From assembly GCF_963921235.1 (NCBI RefSeq), contig NC_086097.1, positions 229,154,001-229,218,000 of the forward strand: 64,000 bases of DNA. Reading direction: 5' to 3'. This document shows positions 11,880-24,649 of the stretch, in pieces. This DNA comes from Mobula hypostoma. Lineage: Eukaryota. Below the pieces are notes generated by a model. It saw nothing but the letters and a program-made list of their open reading frames with translations. It was not told where the DNA came from and made no database searches. Position numbers and translations under genes: made by a program. Positions within the stretch are counted from its first letter, which is position 1, and the number at the start of each line of letters is the position of its first letter.

Positions 11880-14243
11880 AGGCTATTCTGGACTGGGTTT
11901 TGAGCAATGAGGAAGGGTTAATTAGCGATCTTGTTGTGAGAGGCCCCTTGGGTAAGAGTGACCATAATATGGTGGAACTCTTCATTAACATGGAGAGTGA
12001 CGTAGTTAATTCAGAAACAAAGGTTCTGAACTTAAAGAGGGGTAACTTTGAAGGTATGAGACGTGAATTAGCTAAGATAGACTGGCAAATGACACTTCAA
12101 GGATTGACGGTGGATATGCAATGGCAGGCATTTAAAGGTTGCATGGATGAACTACAACAATTGTTCATCCCAGTTTGGCAAAAGAATAAATCAAGGAAGG
12201 TAGTGCACCCGTGGCTGACAAGAGAAATTAGGAATAGTATCAATTCCAAAGAAGTAGCATACAAATTAGCCAGAGAAAGTGGCTCACCTGAGGACTGGGA
12301 GAAATTCAGAGTTCAGCAGAGGAGGACAAAGGGCTTAATTAGGAAGGGGAAAAAAGATTGAGAGAAAACTGGCAGAGAACATAAAAACAGACTGTAAAAG
12401 CTTTTATAGATATGTAAAAAGGAAAAGACTGCTAAAGACAAATGTAGGTCCCCTGCAAACAGAAACAGGTGAATTGATTATGGGGAGCAAGGACATGGCA
12501 GACCAATTGAATAATTACTTTGGTTCTGTCTTCACTAAGGAGGACATAAATAATCTTCCAGAAATAGTAAGGGACAGAGGGTCCAGTGAGATGGAGGAAC
12601 TGAGCGAAATACATGTTAGTAGGGAAGTGGTGTTAGGTAAATTGAAGGGATTGAAGGCAGATAAATCCCCGGGGCCAGATGGTCTGCATCCCAGAGTGCT
12701 TAAGGAAGTGGCCCAAGAAATAGTGGATGCATTAGTGATAATTTTTCAAAACTCGTTAGATTCTGGACTAGTTCCTGAGGATTGGAGGGTGGCTAATGTA
12801 ACCCCACTTTTTAAAAAAGGAGGGAGAGAGAAACCGGGGAATTATAGGCCGGTTAGCCTAACGTCGGTGGTGGGGAAACTGCTGGAGTCAGTTATCAAGG
12901 ATGTGATAACAGCACATTTGGAAAGCGGTGAAATGATCGGACAAAGTCAGCATGGATTTGTGAAAGGAAAATCATGTCTGACGAATCTCATAGAATTTTT
13001 TGAGGATGTAACTAGTAGAGTGGATAGGGGAGAACCAGTGGATGTGGTATATTTGGATTTTCAAAAGGCTTTTGACAAGGTCCCACATAGGAGATTAGTG
13101 TGCAAACTTAAAGCACACGGTATTGGGGGTAAGGTATTGGTGTGGGTGGAGAATTGGTTAGCAGACAGGAAGCAAAGAGTGGGAATAAACGGGACCTTTT
13201 CAGAATGGCAGGCGGTGACTAGTGGGGTACCGCAAGGCTCAGTGCTGGGACCCCAGTTGTTTACAATATATATTAATGACTTGGATGAGGGAATTAAATG
13301 CAGCATCTCCAAGTTTGCGGATGACACAAAGCTGGGTGGCAGTGTTAGCAGTGAGGAGGATGCTAAGAGGATGCAGGGTGACTTGGATAGGTTGGGTGAG
13401 TGGGCAAACTCATGGCAGATGCAATTTAATGTGGATAAATGTGAAGTTATCCACTTTGGTGGCAAAAATAGGAAAACAGATTATTATCTGAATGGTGGCC
13501 GATTAGGAAAAGGGGAGGTGCAACGAGACCTGGGTGTCATTATACACCAGTCATTGAAAGTGGGCATGCAGGTACAGCAGGCGGTGAAAAAGGCGAACGG
13601 TATGCTGGCATTTATAGCGAGAGGATTCGAGTACAGGAGCAGGGAGGTACTACTGCAGTTGTACAAGGCCTTGGTGAGACCACACCTGGAGTATTGTGTG
13701 CAGTTTTGGTCCCCTAATCTGAGGAAAGACATCTTTGCCATAGAGGGAGTACAAAGAAGGTTCACCAGATTGATTCCTTGGATGGCAGGTCTTTCATATG
13801 AAGAAAGACTGGATGAACTGGGCTTGTACTCGTTGGAATTTAGAAGATTGAGGGGCGATCTGATTGAAACGTATAAGATCCTAAAGGGATTGGACAGGCT
13901 AGATGCGGGAAGATTGTTCCCGATGTTGGGGAGGTCTAGAACGAGGGGTCACAGTTTGAGGATAGAGGGGAAGCCTTTTAGGACCGAGGTTAGGAAAAAC
14001 TTCTTCACACAGAGAGTGGTGAATCTGTGGAATTCTCTGCCACAGCAAACTGTTGAGGCCAGTTCATTAGCTATGTTTAAAAGGAAGTTAGATATGGCCT
14101 TGTGGCTACAGGGGTCAGGGGGTATGGAGGGAAGGCTGGGTTCTGAGTTGGATGATCAGCCATGATCATAATAAATGGCGGTGCAGGCTCGAAGGGCCGA
14201 ATGGCCTACTCCTGCACCTATTTTCTATGTTTCTATGTTTCTA
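11880..14243 (+). mobile_element. CR1 LINE, 5'-truncated, young (563-aa open RT ORF at 12474-14165)
   Basis: All RT motifs present in one frame ([40 protein letters not shown]). Frameshift near 12360. (TTCTATGT)n tail. Confidence 0.97.
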
Positions 14244-15450
14244 TAAGACAGCGCCCTGATCCAGCACCATGATGCAAGTTTAGTATTCTTTATAATCTAT
14301 ACAACGTGTCGAACTATATATGACTTATTAATGTATGTCCAAAATTCAGTTGCATCTCTTCTACTCAAAACTTTCATCCCTGGTGGATTTGATCACAAAT
14401 AGTAAATGGCACTTAAAAGCAGCAGCATGCCAGTATCTCATGCAGATGGAATATCTTGAAATGCAAACCTTGCCAATAATTGCCAGATTTAAACTAAAAA
14501 ATTACTTTAGACCATCAGAGCTGGGCCTGATTCTGTAGCCGCAACTTGTGCATTTTGTTTTTCTGGCAGTTGCTCATTACAAATGAAATGGAAACTTTAG
14601 GATAATTTTCCCCTGTGGTCTACCATCTAAATCAAATATTAACCACTTAATATTAGCCACATCAACTAGACTACACAAAACTATTACAGACCTTGAGCAT
14701 TTAACATCTAAATAGTTGGTATATTAATCAGTTTAAGCAATAGTGACAATAATAGAATTGTACCAAATGTAAGAATTTTATTTTTACCCTAAAAAAATAA
14801 GGAAAACTTTTGGAAACTCGAAATATTAGGTTATGAGAACACTCAGTCCTCTTTTATTGTCATTTAGAAATGCATACATGCATTAAGAAATGATACAATG
14901 TTTGTATCAATGACTTGTAGTCAAAGACTTTCTTCAATAAATGGCTTTTAATGAAGACAATGAACAGAACAACAGGATCAACATGCTGGAACTAATTTGT
15001 CGCAATATATTGGGATCAGTTTAAAGGTTTTAAAATCAATCAGTTTAGTGATAATCCAAACTGGTATGTTGAAGTGAAATAATAACTGTGGCAAATCCAT
15101 GACCTAAAAATTACATGCCAGAGTAAGCGTTCATTACAGTCATAGAAGAGGAAAGAGAGAAAGCACGATATGTGCTGCGTCCTACTCAACCAGAAACACG
15201 TTTTAAATCATAATCAGGTGGAGGAAAGGTTGAAGATGTATCTTCAGTTTTCTTAAAAGATGTTCTTGGGTGATAGGAGCTCCCAAGTTTACCTAACAAG
15301 TTTATCCTCTTATATATTTCAGATCTTAGCAGAGGTAATTTGGGACCAAGCCTACCACAGATCTAAGATTCTGGAGAGGTCTCAGAAGATCATAAAACAC
15401 CAAATGTAATGCCACTATTCAGAGAAGGAAAGACAAAGCAGGAAACCATA

Positions 15451-16882
15451 GGCCAAGCAGCATCTATGGGGGAAAAAAAAAAGTACAGTCGACATTTTCG
15501 GGCTGAAACCCTTCAGCAGGACTTGAGAAAAAAGTTGAGGAGCAGATATAAAAGGTGGGGGAGGGGAGAGAGAAACACAAGGTGATAAGTAAAACCAGGA
15601 AGGAGACTACTACTACATCGACTCAGGCCTAGGGAGCCGGCGTCAGGCTCGATGACCGGCTCTCCACTTCTCCCTCATCAGTGTGTTCAGTTCATCTACA
15701 TTAGCCGCACCGCTGTCTTCTAGGAGCGTATTGACCATAGTCTTGGGAGGGCACCCAGGGTTCATCCTCCCGTGCTTGGGCTCCCATATGATGACTAGGC
15801 TGATAGGTAGCTCGGGGTGGCATAGACAGTGCCCTGCTAGTTGCAGTCTTCTCGCCTTGATTTTAGTGGTGAGCATCGGTAGGTTGTTATAGAGCTCTAC
15901 GTTCATTATGTGCTGTTGCCAACCCACGTCAAGAGCCATCCAGAGCATTCGTGTATAGCAACCATCTGGAGACTTTCTTGGTGAGTGTCCACGTCTCGCA
16001 TCCATATGACTCAATAACTGCTATGAAAATCCTCTTTTTAAGCCCTCTGGTCAGGTTCTACTTCCAGATTTCCTTCATGTCATTCATAGCCCTCCACGCC
16101 AGCGCCTTCCATATCTTTATGTCCTTCTCTGAACCCGAGGTACTTGTAGTCAAAGACTTTCTTAATGGGAAGGGAAAGGGTGAAGTAATGAAATGGGAAG
16201 TTGATTGGTGAAAGAGATACGGGGCTGTAGAAAGGATGTCTGATAGGAGAGAACAGAAGGCCATGAAAGAAGGGGGAAGACCACCTTGCGATGGGCAGGC
16301 AAGGAGATAAAGGGAGGGGATGGGAAATGGTGGGGGCGGTGGGGGAAGGGGGCCACTACCAGAAGTTCAAGAAATTGATGTTCATGCCATCAGGTTGGAA
16401 GCTACCCAGACAGAATACAAAATGTTGTTCCTCCAACCTGGCCTCATCGCAACAGTAGAGGCGGCCATGGATTGACATATCGGAATAGGAGTGGGAACTG
16501 GAATGAAAAATGGGTGGCCAATGGGATATTCCGTTTCTTCTGGTGGACGGAGCGTAGGTGCTTGGCGCAGTGGTCTCCCAATCTACATCGGGACTCACCG
16601 ATATACAGGAGACCACACCAGGAGCACCAGACACAGTATATGACCCCAACAGACTGACAGGTGAAGTGTCACCTCACCTAGGAGTGTTTAGGGCTCTGAA
16701 CGGTAGTGAAGGAAGAGGTGTAGGGGCAGGTGTAGCACTTGTTCCGTTTGCAAGGATAAGTGCCAGGAGGGAGATCAGTGGGGAGGGACGAATGGACAAG
16801 GGAATCACGTAGAGAACGATCCCTGCAGAAAGCAGTGGAGGTGGGGGAGATGTGCTTGGTGGTGGGATCGCATTGGAGATGG
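15451..16882 (-). mobile_element. Penelope-like element 3' part (GIY-YIG endonuclease remnant plus terminal repeat)
   Basis: Minus strand reads GVIYCVWCSWCGLLYIGESRCRLGDH and RLEEQHFVFCLGSFQPDGMNINF. The terminal repeat has a hammerhead-like motif at 15487-15523. Confidence 0.85.
15606..16166 (-). mobile_element. RTE-clade LINE 3' fragment nested in the Penelope-like element
   Basis: KKVFDYKYLGS and DGCYTRMLWMAL..RRLQLAGHCL.HPEL..WEPKHG, with a (TAG)n tail. Confidence 0.8.
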
Positions 16883-17659
16883 TCAGTTAGTCTAATATGC
16901 TAGATGGAAAAATACTGGAATTCATACTTTAAAAAAACTTAAAATCTGAGGTAATTGAGTTTTGAAAGGAAGAATGCAAAAGCAAGTGGCATGAGCACAC
17001 AAAATGTGTTAAAGGTAAATGGTAATCCTAGTTCATAAAACAAAAGATTAGCATGCGTGTACAGAATTAATGAGCAAAGCTAATGGAACACTGACTTTCA
17101 TTGAAAAAGACATACAGCAAACAAAAAGGAAATTTGATGCAACTTTAGAGTAATGATGACATCACAAGTGGGAGTATGGCATACAATTTCAGTCTCCATA
17201 TTCAAGGATGTAATTGCATTGGAAGCAATTGTATTAGTGGCATAGATTCACTACATTGATTATATACGAGCAAAGCATAAGCAGAAACAGTCTAGATTTA
17301 TTGAAGTTTAAAATAATAAGTGATGATCCAATTGAAAAATTCAGGGCATTGAAAGGGAAGGGAATTCTGCAAAGATATTTGTCCTAACAGTGGCATCTAG
17401 AACCAAAAGGCATAGTCTCAGAGTAAAAAGTTGCACATTTAAGACTGTTAGGAGAAATTTGAGGGTCATGGATCTTTGGAATTCTTTACCTCAAAAAGAG
17501 CTGTGGGGGCAGAGACATTGAATATATTCAAGGTGGTGATTAACAAGCAAGTCCAGGAATTGTGGGGAGAGCAAACAAATGTTGAGGTGAGAATTTCATC
17601 AGTCATGATTTTGCTGAATGGTAGAGCAGGTCTATTCCTACCTATGTTCTTATGACAGA

Positions 17660-20559
17660 GTGGTGGTAAAAGTCTTCTGAGGTGTATATATTTCAATGCT
17701 AGGAGTATTGCGGGGAAGGCGGATGAGTTGAGGGGGTGGATTGACACGTGGAATTATGACGTTATAGCAATTAGTGAAACTTGGCTACAGGAGGGGCAGG
17801 ACTGGCAGCTTAATATTCCAGGGTTCCGATGTTTCAGATGTGATCGAGGCAGAGGAATGAAAGGTGGGGGAGTAGCATTGCTTGTTAGGGAAAATATTAC
17901 AGCAGTGCTCAGGCAGGACAGATTAGAGGGCTTGTCTACTGAGTCCTTATGGGTGGAGCTGAGAAACAGGAAAGGTATGGCCACATTAGTGGGATTGTAT
18001 TACAGACCACCCAATAGTCAACGAGACTTGGAAGAGCAAATCTGCAGAGAGATAGCAGGCAACTGCAGGAAACATAAAGTTGTGGTGGTAGGGGATTTTA
18101 ATTTTCCGTACATTGACTGGGACTCCCATACTGTTAGGGGTCTAGATGGTTTAGAGTTTGTAAAATGTGTTCAGGAAAGTTTTCTAAATCAATATATAGA
18201 GGGACCAACTAGAGGGGATGCAATATTGGATCTCCTGTTAGGAAACGAGTTAGGACAAGTGACAGAAGTCTGTGTAGGGGAGCACTTTGGTTCCAGTGAT
18301 CATAACACCATTAGTTTCAATTTGATCATAGACAAGGTAGATCTGGTCCTAGGGTTGAGGTTCTGAACTGGAAGAAGGCCAAATTTGAAGAAATGAGAAA
18401 GGATCTAAAAAGCGTGGATTGGGACAGGTTGTTCTCTGGCAAAGATGTGATTGGTAGGTGGGAAGCCTTCAAAGGGGAAATTTTGAGAGTGCAGAGTTTG
18501 TATGTTCCTGTCAGGATTAAAAGCAAATTGAATAGGAATAAGGAACCTTGGTTCTCAAGGGATATTGCAACTCTGATAAAGAAGAAGAGGGAGTTGTATG
18601 AAATGTATAGGAAACGGGGTAAATCAGGTGCTTGAGGAGTATAAGAAGTGCAAGAAAATACTTAAGAAAGAAATCAGGAGGGCAAAAAGAAGACATGAGG
18701 TTGCCTTGGCAGTCAAAGTGAAGGATAATCCAAAGAGCTTTTACAAGTATATTAAGAGCAAAAGGATTGTAAGGAATAAAATTGTCCTCTTGAAGATCAG
18801 AGTGGTCGGCTTTGTGCAGAACCAAAGGAAATGGGGGAGATCTTAAATAGGTTTTTTGCATCTGTATTTACTAAGGAAGCTGGCATGAAATCTATGGAAT
18901 TGAGGGAATCAAGTAGTGAGACCATGGAAACTGTACAGATTGAAAAGGAGGAGGTGCTTGCTGTCTTGAGGAAAATTAAAGTGGATAAATCCCCGGGACC
19001 TGACAGAGTGTTCCCTCGGACCTTGAAGGAGACTAGTGTTGAAATTGCGGGGGCCCTGGCAGAAATATTTAGAATGTCGCTGTCTACGGGCGAAGTGCCG
19101 GAGGATTGGAGAGTAGCTCATGTTGTTCCGTTGTTTTAAAAAGGATCGAAAAGTAATCTGGGAAATTATAGGCCGGGAGGTTTAACGTCAGTAGTAGGTA
19201 AGTTATTGGAGGGAGTACTAAGAGACAGAATCTACAAGCATTTGGATAGACAGGGACTTATTAGGGAGAGTCAACATGGCTTTGTGCGTGGTAGGTCATG
19301 TTTGACCAATCTGTTGGAGTTTTTCGAGGAGGTTACCAGGAAAGTGGATGAAGGGAAGGCAGTGGATATTGTCTACATGGACTTCAGTAAGGCCTTTGAC
19401 AAGGTCCCGCATGGGAAGTTAGTTAGGAAAATTCAGTCGCTAGGTATACATGGAGAGGTGGTAAATTGGATTAGACATTGGCTCGATGGAAGAAGCCAGA
19501 GAGTGGTGGTAGAGAATTGCTTCTCTGAGTGGAGGCCTGTGACTAGTGGTGTGCCACAGGGATCAGTGCTGGGTCCATTATTATTTGTCATCTATATCAA
19601 TGATCTGGATGATAATGTGGTAAATTGGATCAGCAAGTTTGCTGATGATACAAAGATTGGAGGTGTAGTAGACAGTGAGGAAGGTTTTCAGAGCCTGTAG
19701 AGGGACTTGGACCAGCTGGAAAAATGGGCTGAAAAATGGCAGATGGAGTTTAATACTGACAAGTGTGAGGTATTGCACATTGGAAGGACAAACCAAGGTA
19801 GAACATACAGGGTTAATGGTAAGGCACTGAGGAGTGCAGTGGAACAGAGGGATCTGGGAATACAGATACAAAATTCCCTAAAAGTGGCGTCACAGGTAGA
19901 TAGGGTCGTAAAGAGAGCTTTTGGTACATTGGCCTTTATTAATCGAAGTATTGAGTATAAGAGCTGGAATGTTATGATGAGGTTGTATAAGGCATTGGTG
20001 AGGCCGAATCTGGAGTATTGTGTTCAGTTTTGGTCACCAAATTACAGGAAGGATATAAATAAGGTTGAAAGAGTGCAGAGAAGGTTAACAAGGATGTTGC
20101 CGGGACTTGAGAAACTCAGTTACAGAGAAAGGTTGAATAGGTTAGGACTTTATTCCCTGGAGCGTAGAAGAATGAGGGGAGATTTGATAGAGGTATATAA
20201 AATTATGATGGGTATAGATAGAGTGAATGCAAGCAGGCTTTTTCCACTGAGGCAAGGGGAGAAAAAAAACCAGAGGACATGGGTTAAGGGTGAGGGGGGA
20301 AAAGTTTAAAGGGAACATTAGGGGGGGCTTCTTCACACAGAGAGTGGTGGGAGTATGGAATGAGCTGCCAGACGAGGTGGTAAATGCGGGTTCTTTTTTA
20401 ACATTTAAGAATAAATTGGACAGATACATGGATGGGAGGTGTATGGAGGGATATGGTCCGTGTGCAGGTCAGTGGGACTTGGCAGAAAATAGTTCGGCAC
20501 AGCCAAGAAGGGCCAAAGGGCCTGTTTCTGTGCTGTAGTTTCTATCGTTCTATGACAGA
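17660..20559 (+). mobile_element. CR1 LINE with near-complete but disrupted ORF2 (APE endonuclease plus RT)
   Basis: LRCIYFNARSI, SETWL, YYRPP, GDFNFP, SDHN and RT motifs across ORFs 17728-20309, with a few stops and frameshifts. TATGACAGA is duplicated at 17651-17659 and 20551-20559. Confidence 0.95.
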
Positions 20560-20819
20560 TCTATTCGCAAAAATAAAAACAGATGCCCGCTGCTTGGTCA
20601 TCTTTAGAAAGGAAGGTGGCTCAACTGGCAATCTTGCATCCCAACAGACAAGACACACACACACACAACAACACAGCAGGTCAGCAAAACTAAAGGATTT
20701 AGCTTGCAAAATACAAAGACACCCTGTATTATCTAAATTTCTAATAATAACAAGTTATTTCACAAAATCAGCTAACATGACACCAGTGAGGAAATATACC
20801 AGATTCAAACTGGGGATCT

Positions 20820-20976
20820 TGACAGTGAAACTTTGTACATTGATTGTTTGTCAGTTTTTGTGTGTGTGTAGTTTTTTTTTCTATCTCTCCGTTCTACTGT
20901 GAACGCCTGCAAGAAAATGCATCTCAGAGTAGTACATTGGGACATATATGACCTTTAATAATAAATTTACTTTGAA
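20820..20976 (+). mobile_element. Short LINE-type 3' tail
   Basis: GCCTGCAAGAAAATGCATCTCAG..AATAAATTTACTTTGAA; a similar copy lies at ~52050-52222. Confidence 0.55.
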
Positions 20977-21835
20977 TCAATATAGTAATCAGGCAACTGA
21001 ATAACATGAAGGGAGTAGGGAAGGGGCTGACTACCTGGAAGGCATAAAACTAGAGTTCAACATTTCCAACATTGATTTGAAGAAATTAAGACTGGCGAAT
21101 GAACACTAATGCCCATCATAGAAGATTAGTAAAACACCCAAGGTAAACCCTCTGTTGGGAGACTTAATGATATATTTCTGGCATGATTTCCTGCTGCACC
21201 AAACACAAATTTATTACAAGATTTTAAATGAGAGATTTTACTTCAATAAAAGCACAACTCCATTATTAGTGAATATACCGTTAATTCAGAAATTCACTGT
21301 ATCCCAATTTTAGAAATTCTAACTAATACATGATATTGTCATCTGCAAACATTAAACAAACTCACTTCACATTTTCTGTTGGACAAGGGCCAGAATCTTC
21401 TTGACACAAGCCTTTGTCAGAAGGCTTTTCATACTGTTTCTAAATATGCACTATAATCAGAAACTGAAAACTCGAACAGATCACTACTATATATCATTTT
21501 AAATTTGTTTCAAAAGTCACTTTTTTATCCATGAATTGGAGAGGGTGGGGAAAGATGTGCTAGTTATTTCTGGAGCAGGGTGGGGAGGTGGGACATAAAA
21601 CATAATTGGCCTCTCACTACAATACATACAATTAAAAACACTGGGTGGTATGTCAAGCAGCTGAGAACTTTCATCTAACCCCTATTACATTCAGTATTTT
21701 CATGTTCCAGTGCAGATACTAGTTAAGGTTAATCAAGCTCATTATGTTTACCAAGGGATAAACATGATCAAATTAGTGAGCTTGAGCTTAAATGCTTTCA
21801 CACCTGAAAAACTGGGAATCATTTGTACTAAAACT

Positions 21836-22408
21836 ATTTTTCCCTTTCAGGGCTCTTTTGAAGACCCTGACCTGGAGTTACACGCTGACTACAGTTCCTT
21901 ACGGGAATGGGACCCGCTCTTGGGGTTCCACAATCGGCCATCGTTCGGCACACCAAAGACTTGGCCTAAGATTTCAGCTCAGATTCAGAAGCCTGGGATC
22001 TCGAGGAATTGGAGACAGGCGGATCAAGTGCTGGCATCACCACGAGACCCATGTGTCATTGGGGGAGTCAGAACATCTGCTGTGTGCCTGGGGACCTGGG
22101 ATCCTTGCGATTTTCAGGCACAGAGCTCGAAAAAAGCAACCTAATGGACTTTTAACATCGTAAACCAGCGAGTTGTTTGTCATGTCTTCCTGCTCGTTGG
22201 AAAATGGAAATGGGGGAGGGGAATTGATGCTCACTGCCGCTTACTTAAGGGGGGGGGGAATTTGGGGTTCTAACATTTAACTGTCATTCATTCTTAGGGC
22301 ACTTCTCTGTTTTCATGGATGGTTGCGAAGAAAAAGCATTTCAGGATGAATATCGTATACATGTTTCTGACATTATATTGTACCTCTGAAACCTCGAAAC
22401 CTTTGAAA
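21836..22408 (+). mobile_element. Second copy of the 884-2046 repeat family with a different middle segment
   Basis: High identity to 970-1080 and 1297-1386; (CTTTGAAA)-like tail. Confidence 0.7.
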
Positions 22409-24649
22409 AAGGAGACTGCATACAGTAAAAACCATTCACCAAATTTGCTAGTTACTGCGTTAAAATTACTGCACTGCTTGTTATTTGGGGGGTGAATTGG
22501 TGGTAGGGGGAAAACATGAATAAAGTTTTGTGACAAAGCAGTAAGAAAAACCGCATTACCCGTCTTCAATAGAAAGCACGCTCTGTAAACTAGAGAAGGA
22601 AGTGCAGCTTGACCACAGGAGCAGATTAAAGAGTTTAACCAAGTTATTAACTAATTTTTCCAGTGTGCCTGAACAAAGCAATATTAGTTACAAATACTAT
22701 TCTCTAATAGAAGTGGAATTGTGGTGTGTAGAGGATACTTCCATTAAGAAATGAAGACAAACATTAGATTCCCCTACCTTTGCTCTTCATTCCAGCAGCT
22801 TCCACAGGTCACATTTTCAGTAGTATTTAAGAGGAGGGGATGGTTGTGGGAGGAAAGGCAACCTTCTCAATCTAGACGAAACACCTTCCTCCAGTACAGA
22901 CCTGCCAAAGTGCAAGTCATCCTTAACCAACACACCCAAGGAATTTTGCTGAGAAAACTAAAAGGGTTGTTCCAAATCACAGGAGTCTACCATAGTTTCA
23001 GATTATAACCCAAGGTTATCCTATGATGCAAATCTAGTAAAATCACTTAATTTCTACTTGAACTGTTATAAACTATATTCAATAATACATTGGCTCCAAT
23101 GTTGTTTTAGCTGTTCATTCAACATTGTAGTACAAGAAATACTTGTCCCATTTGATACAAATGGTTGGCCAATTACCCCGCATCAACATGTCAAAGTCTG
23201 CATCATAGTTATAAAATGAAGTCTATGCTCTAACAGTTGTTCCTGACAGAGAATAGAAGACCTTTATCATGAGCCAAAGCAATCACTGCAGAACTTTCTA
23301 AAGTCACTTAGAAGTCATCTACCACCTTCTACAAGCACCTGTTAACAACACAAAACCAAGATAGAACTTTGAGTGCTTTTTTTTTAGTGCAGAAACTTGA
23401 ATAAAATGACAAATCAGATCCCAAGAAAATGTTGAAGGAACACAGAACCGAGATCCACATTACCTGACGTTCCTTCCAAATTCAGAACACAATGTTACTG
23501 CAGCTCTGCATTCCTAAAAACAAACCAAGTTGCTAGAATTGGATCGCAAACACTGCTTCTCCTATAGACTAATTGACTCCAAAATATTAAGATTTTACAG
23601 CACATTTTCCCTTAGACTAGATTGCGATAAGTATGGTGGATATCTAGGACAATCGATCTTTTATTTAAACAGCCCATCCAATAGTCCATATTACTAAGCT
23701 TTTTGGGACACACAACAATGGAATCAAAACCTTTCTATTCTTTTCTAAACAGAATTTTACACACGTAAAAAATTTCAACTCCAAATAAGAACCAACACAA
23801 AATTCATATCTGTAATACAAGAATCTGCACCAAATTTTAAAGAATAGATTTATTTGTCACATATACATTGAAACATCGAATTTCATTGAGGTGTTATAAG
23901 CAAGAAGATATGGTCTCCACCTAAGTTATCCACTACAAATAGTATACTGCAGCTGTAAGGCAAGGGTGAAGTTAGTCACAAACATTTTATTTGGTTTCTA
24001 TCAACTAATGGCATAGCTCAGTGCAAAATGTTACTCAGTCTCTGAACAGGCTTTAGGTACTGGCCTTTTGACATGCAGTCAAAAATATCCACCCCAAAAT
24101 TAACTGCTACAGAGCACATTCTCAAAATAGTTATGTTAGGCCATACTGGTCACCCACATGATAGAGCGAAGTATGCAAAATTCTAGTTTGGTTACTATAT
24201 CCTACCGATGAAGAAACAGAACCACAGAGGAGTTTCAATTCTAGTTAGTTGTAGAAATATTTCAATATTGCACACTTCACAGAGCCAATTTTAATCAAAA
24301 AATATGAATATAAATCAAAGCATTTTTCAGATGCTTGTTTGTTAATAGTTTTGCAAATTTTAAAGTGGGCCTAGTTCAGTAAAAAGGATATGCAAGTAAC
24401 TGTTACCACATCAGGTAAGACATGGGGAAATGATTCAGAAGTTACAAGTAGGATCAATACTGCTGCCTCCAGGATCGGATCCTTGAAAGCACTAAATATC
24501 AAACTCCAGAATATGAAATTAAATTGACTCCTTTGATTTACTTATATAGAAATATGAATTTGAAGGAAAAACTAACAACACATGCATACAAAGATTTGAT
24601 TGGATAGGTTTGTAAACTATGCCCAGAGCAAAAACTGTAATGTGAACTA

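Larger units (their letters stand above)
15200..17655 (+). mobile_element. Old degenerate CR1, split by a Penelope-like insertion
   Basis: NVMPLFREG..GNHRP at 15400-15455 continues as CAGTTAGTCTAA (PVSL) at ~16884. Decayed C-terminus and tail CCTATGTTCTTATG at ~17641-17654. Confidence 0.65.

Noticed and set aside
14913..14934. 22-nt match to the RTE fragment at ~16142
   Set aside because: Too short to define an element; at most a tiny RTE remnant.
10070..20309. RT ORFs as a retron, DGR, group II intron or other bacterial system
   Set aside because: The motifs, APE endonuclease, 5' truncation and microsatellite tails are those of vertebrate CR1 LINEs inside a spliceosomal intron.
22778..22871. 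Possible 94-nt exon with donor AAG|GTAGGG
   Set aside because: Not frame-preserving and has no supporting features.
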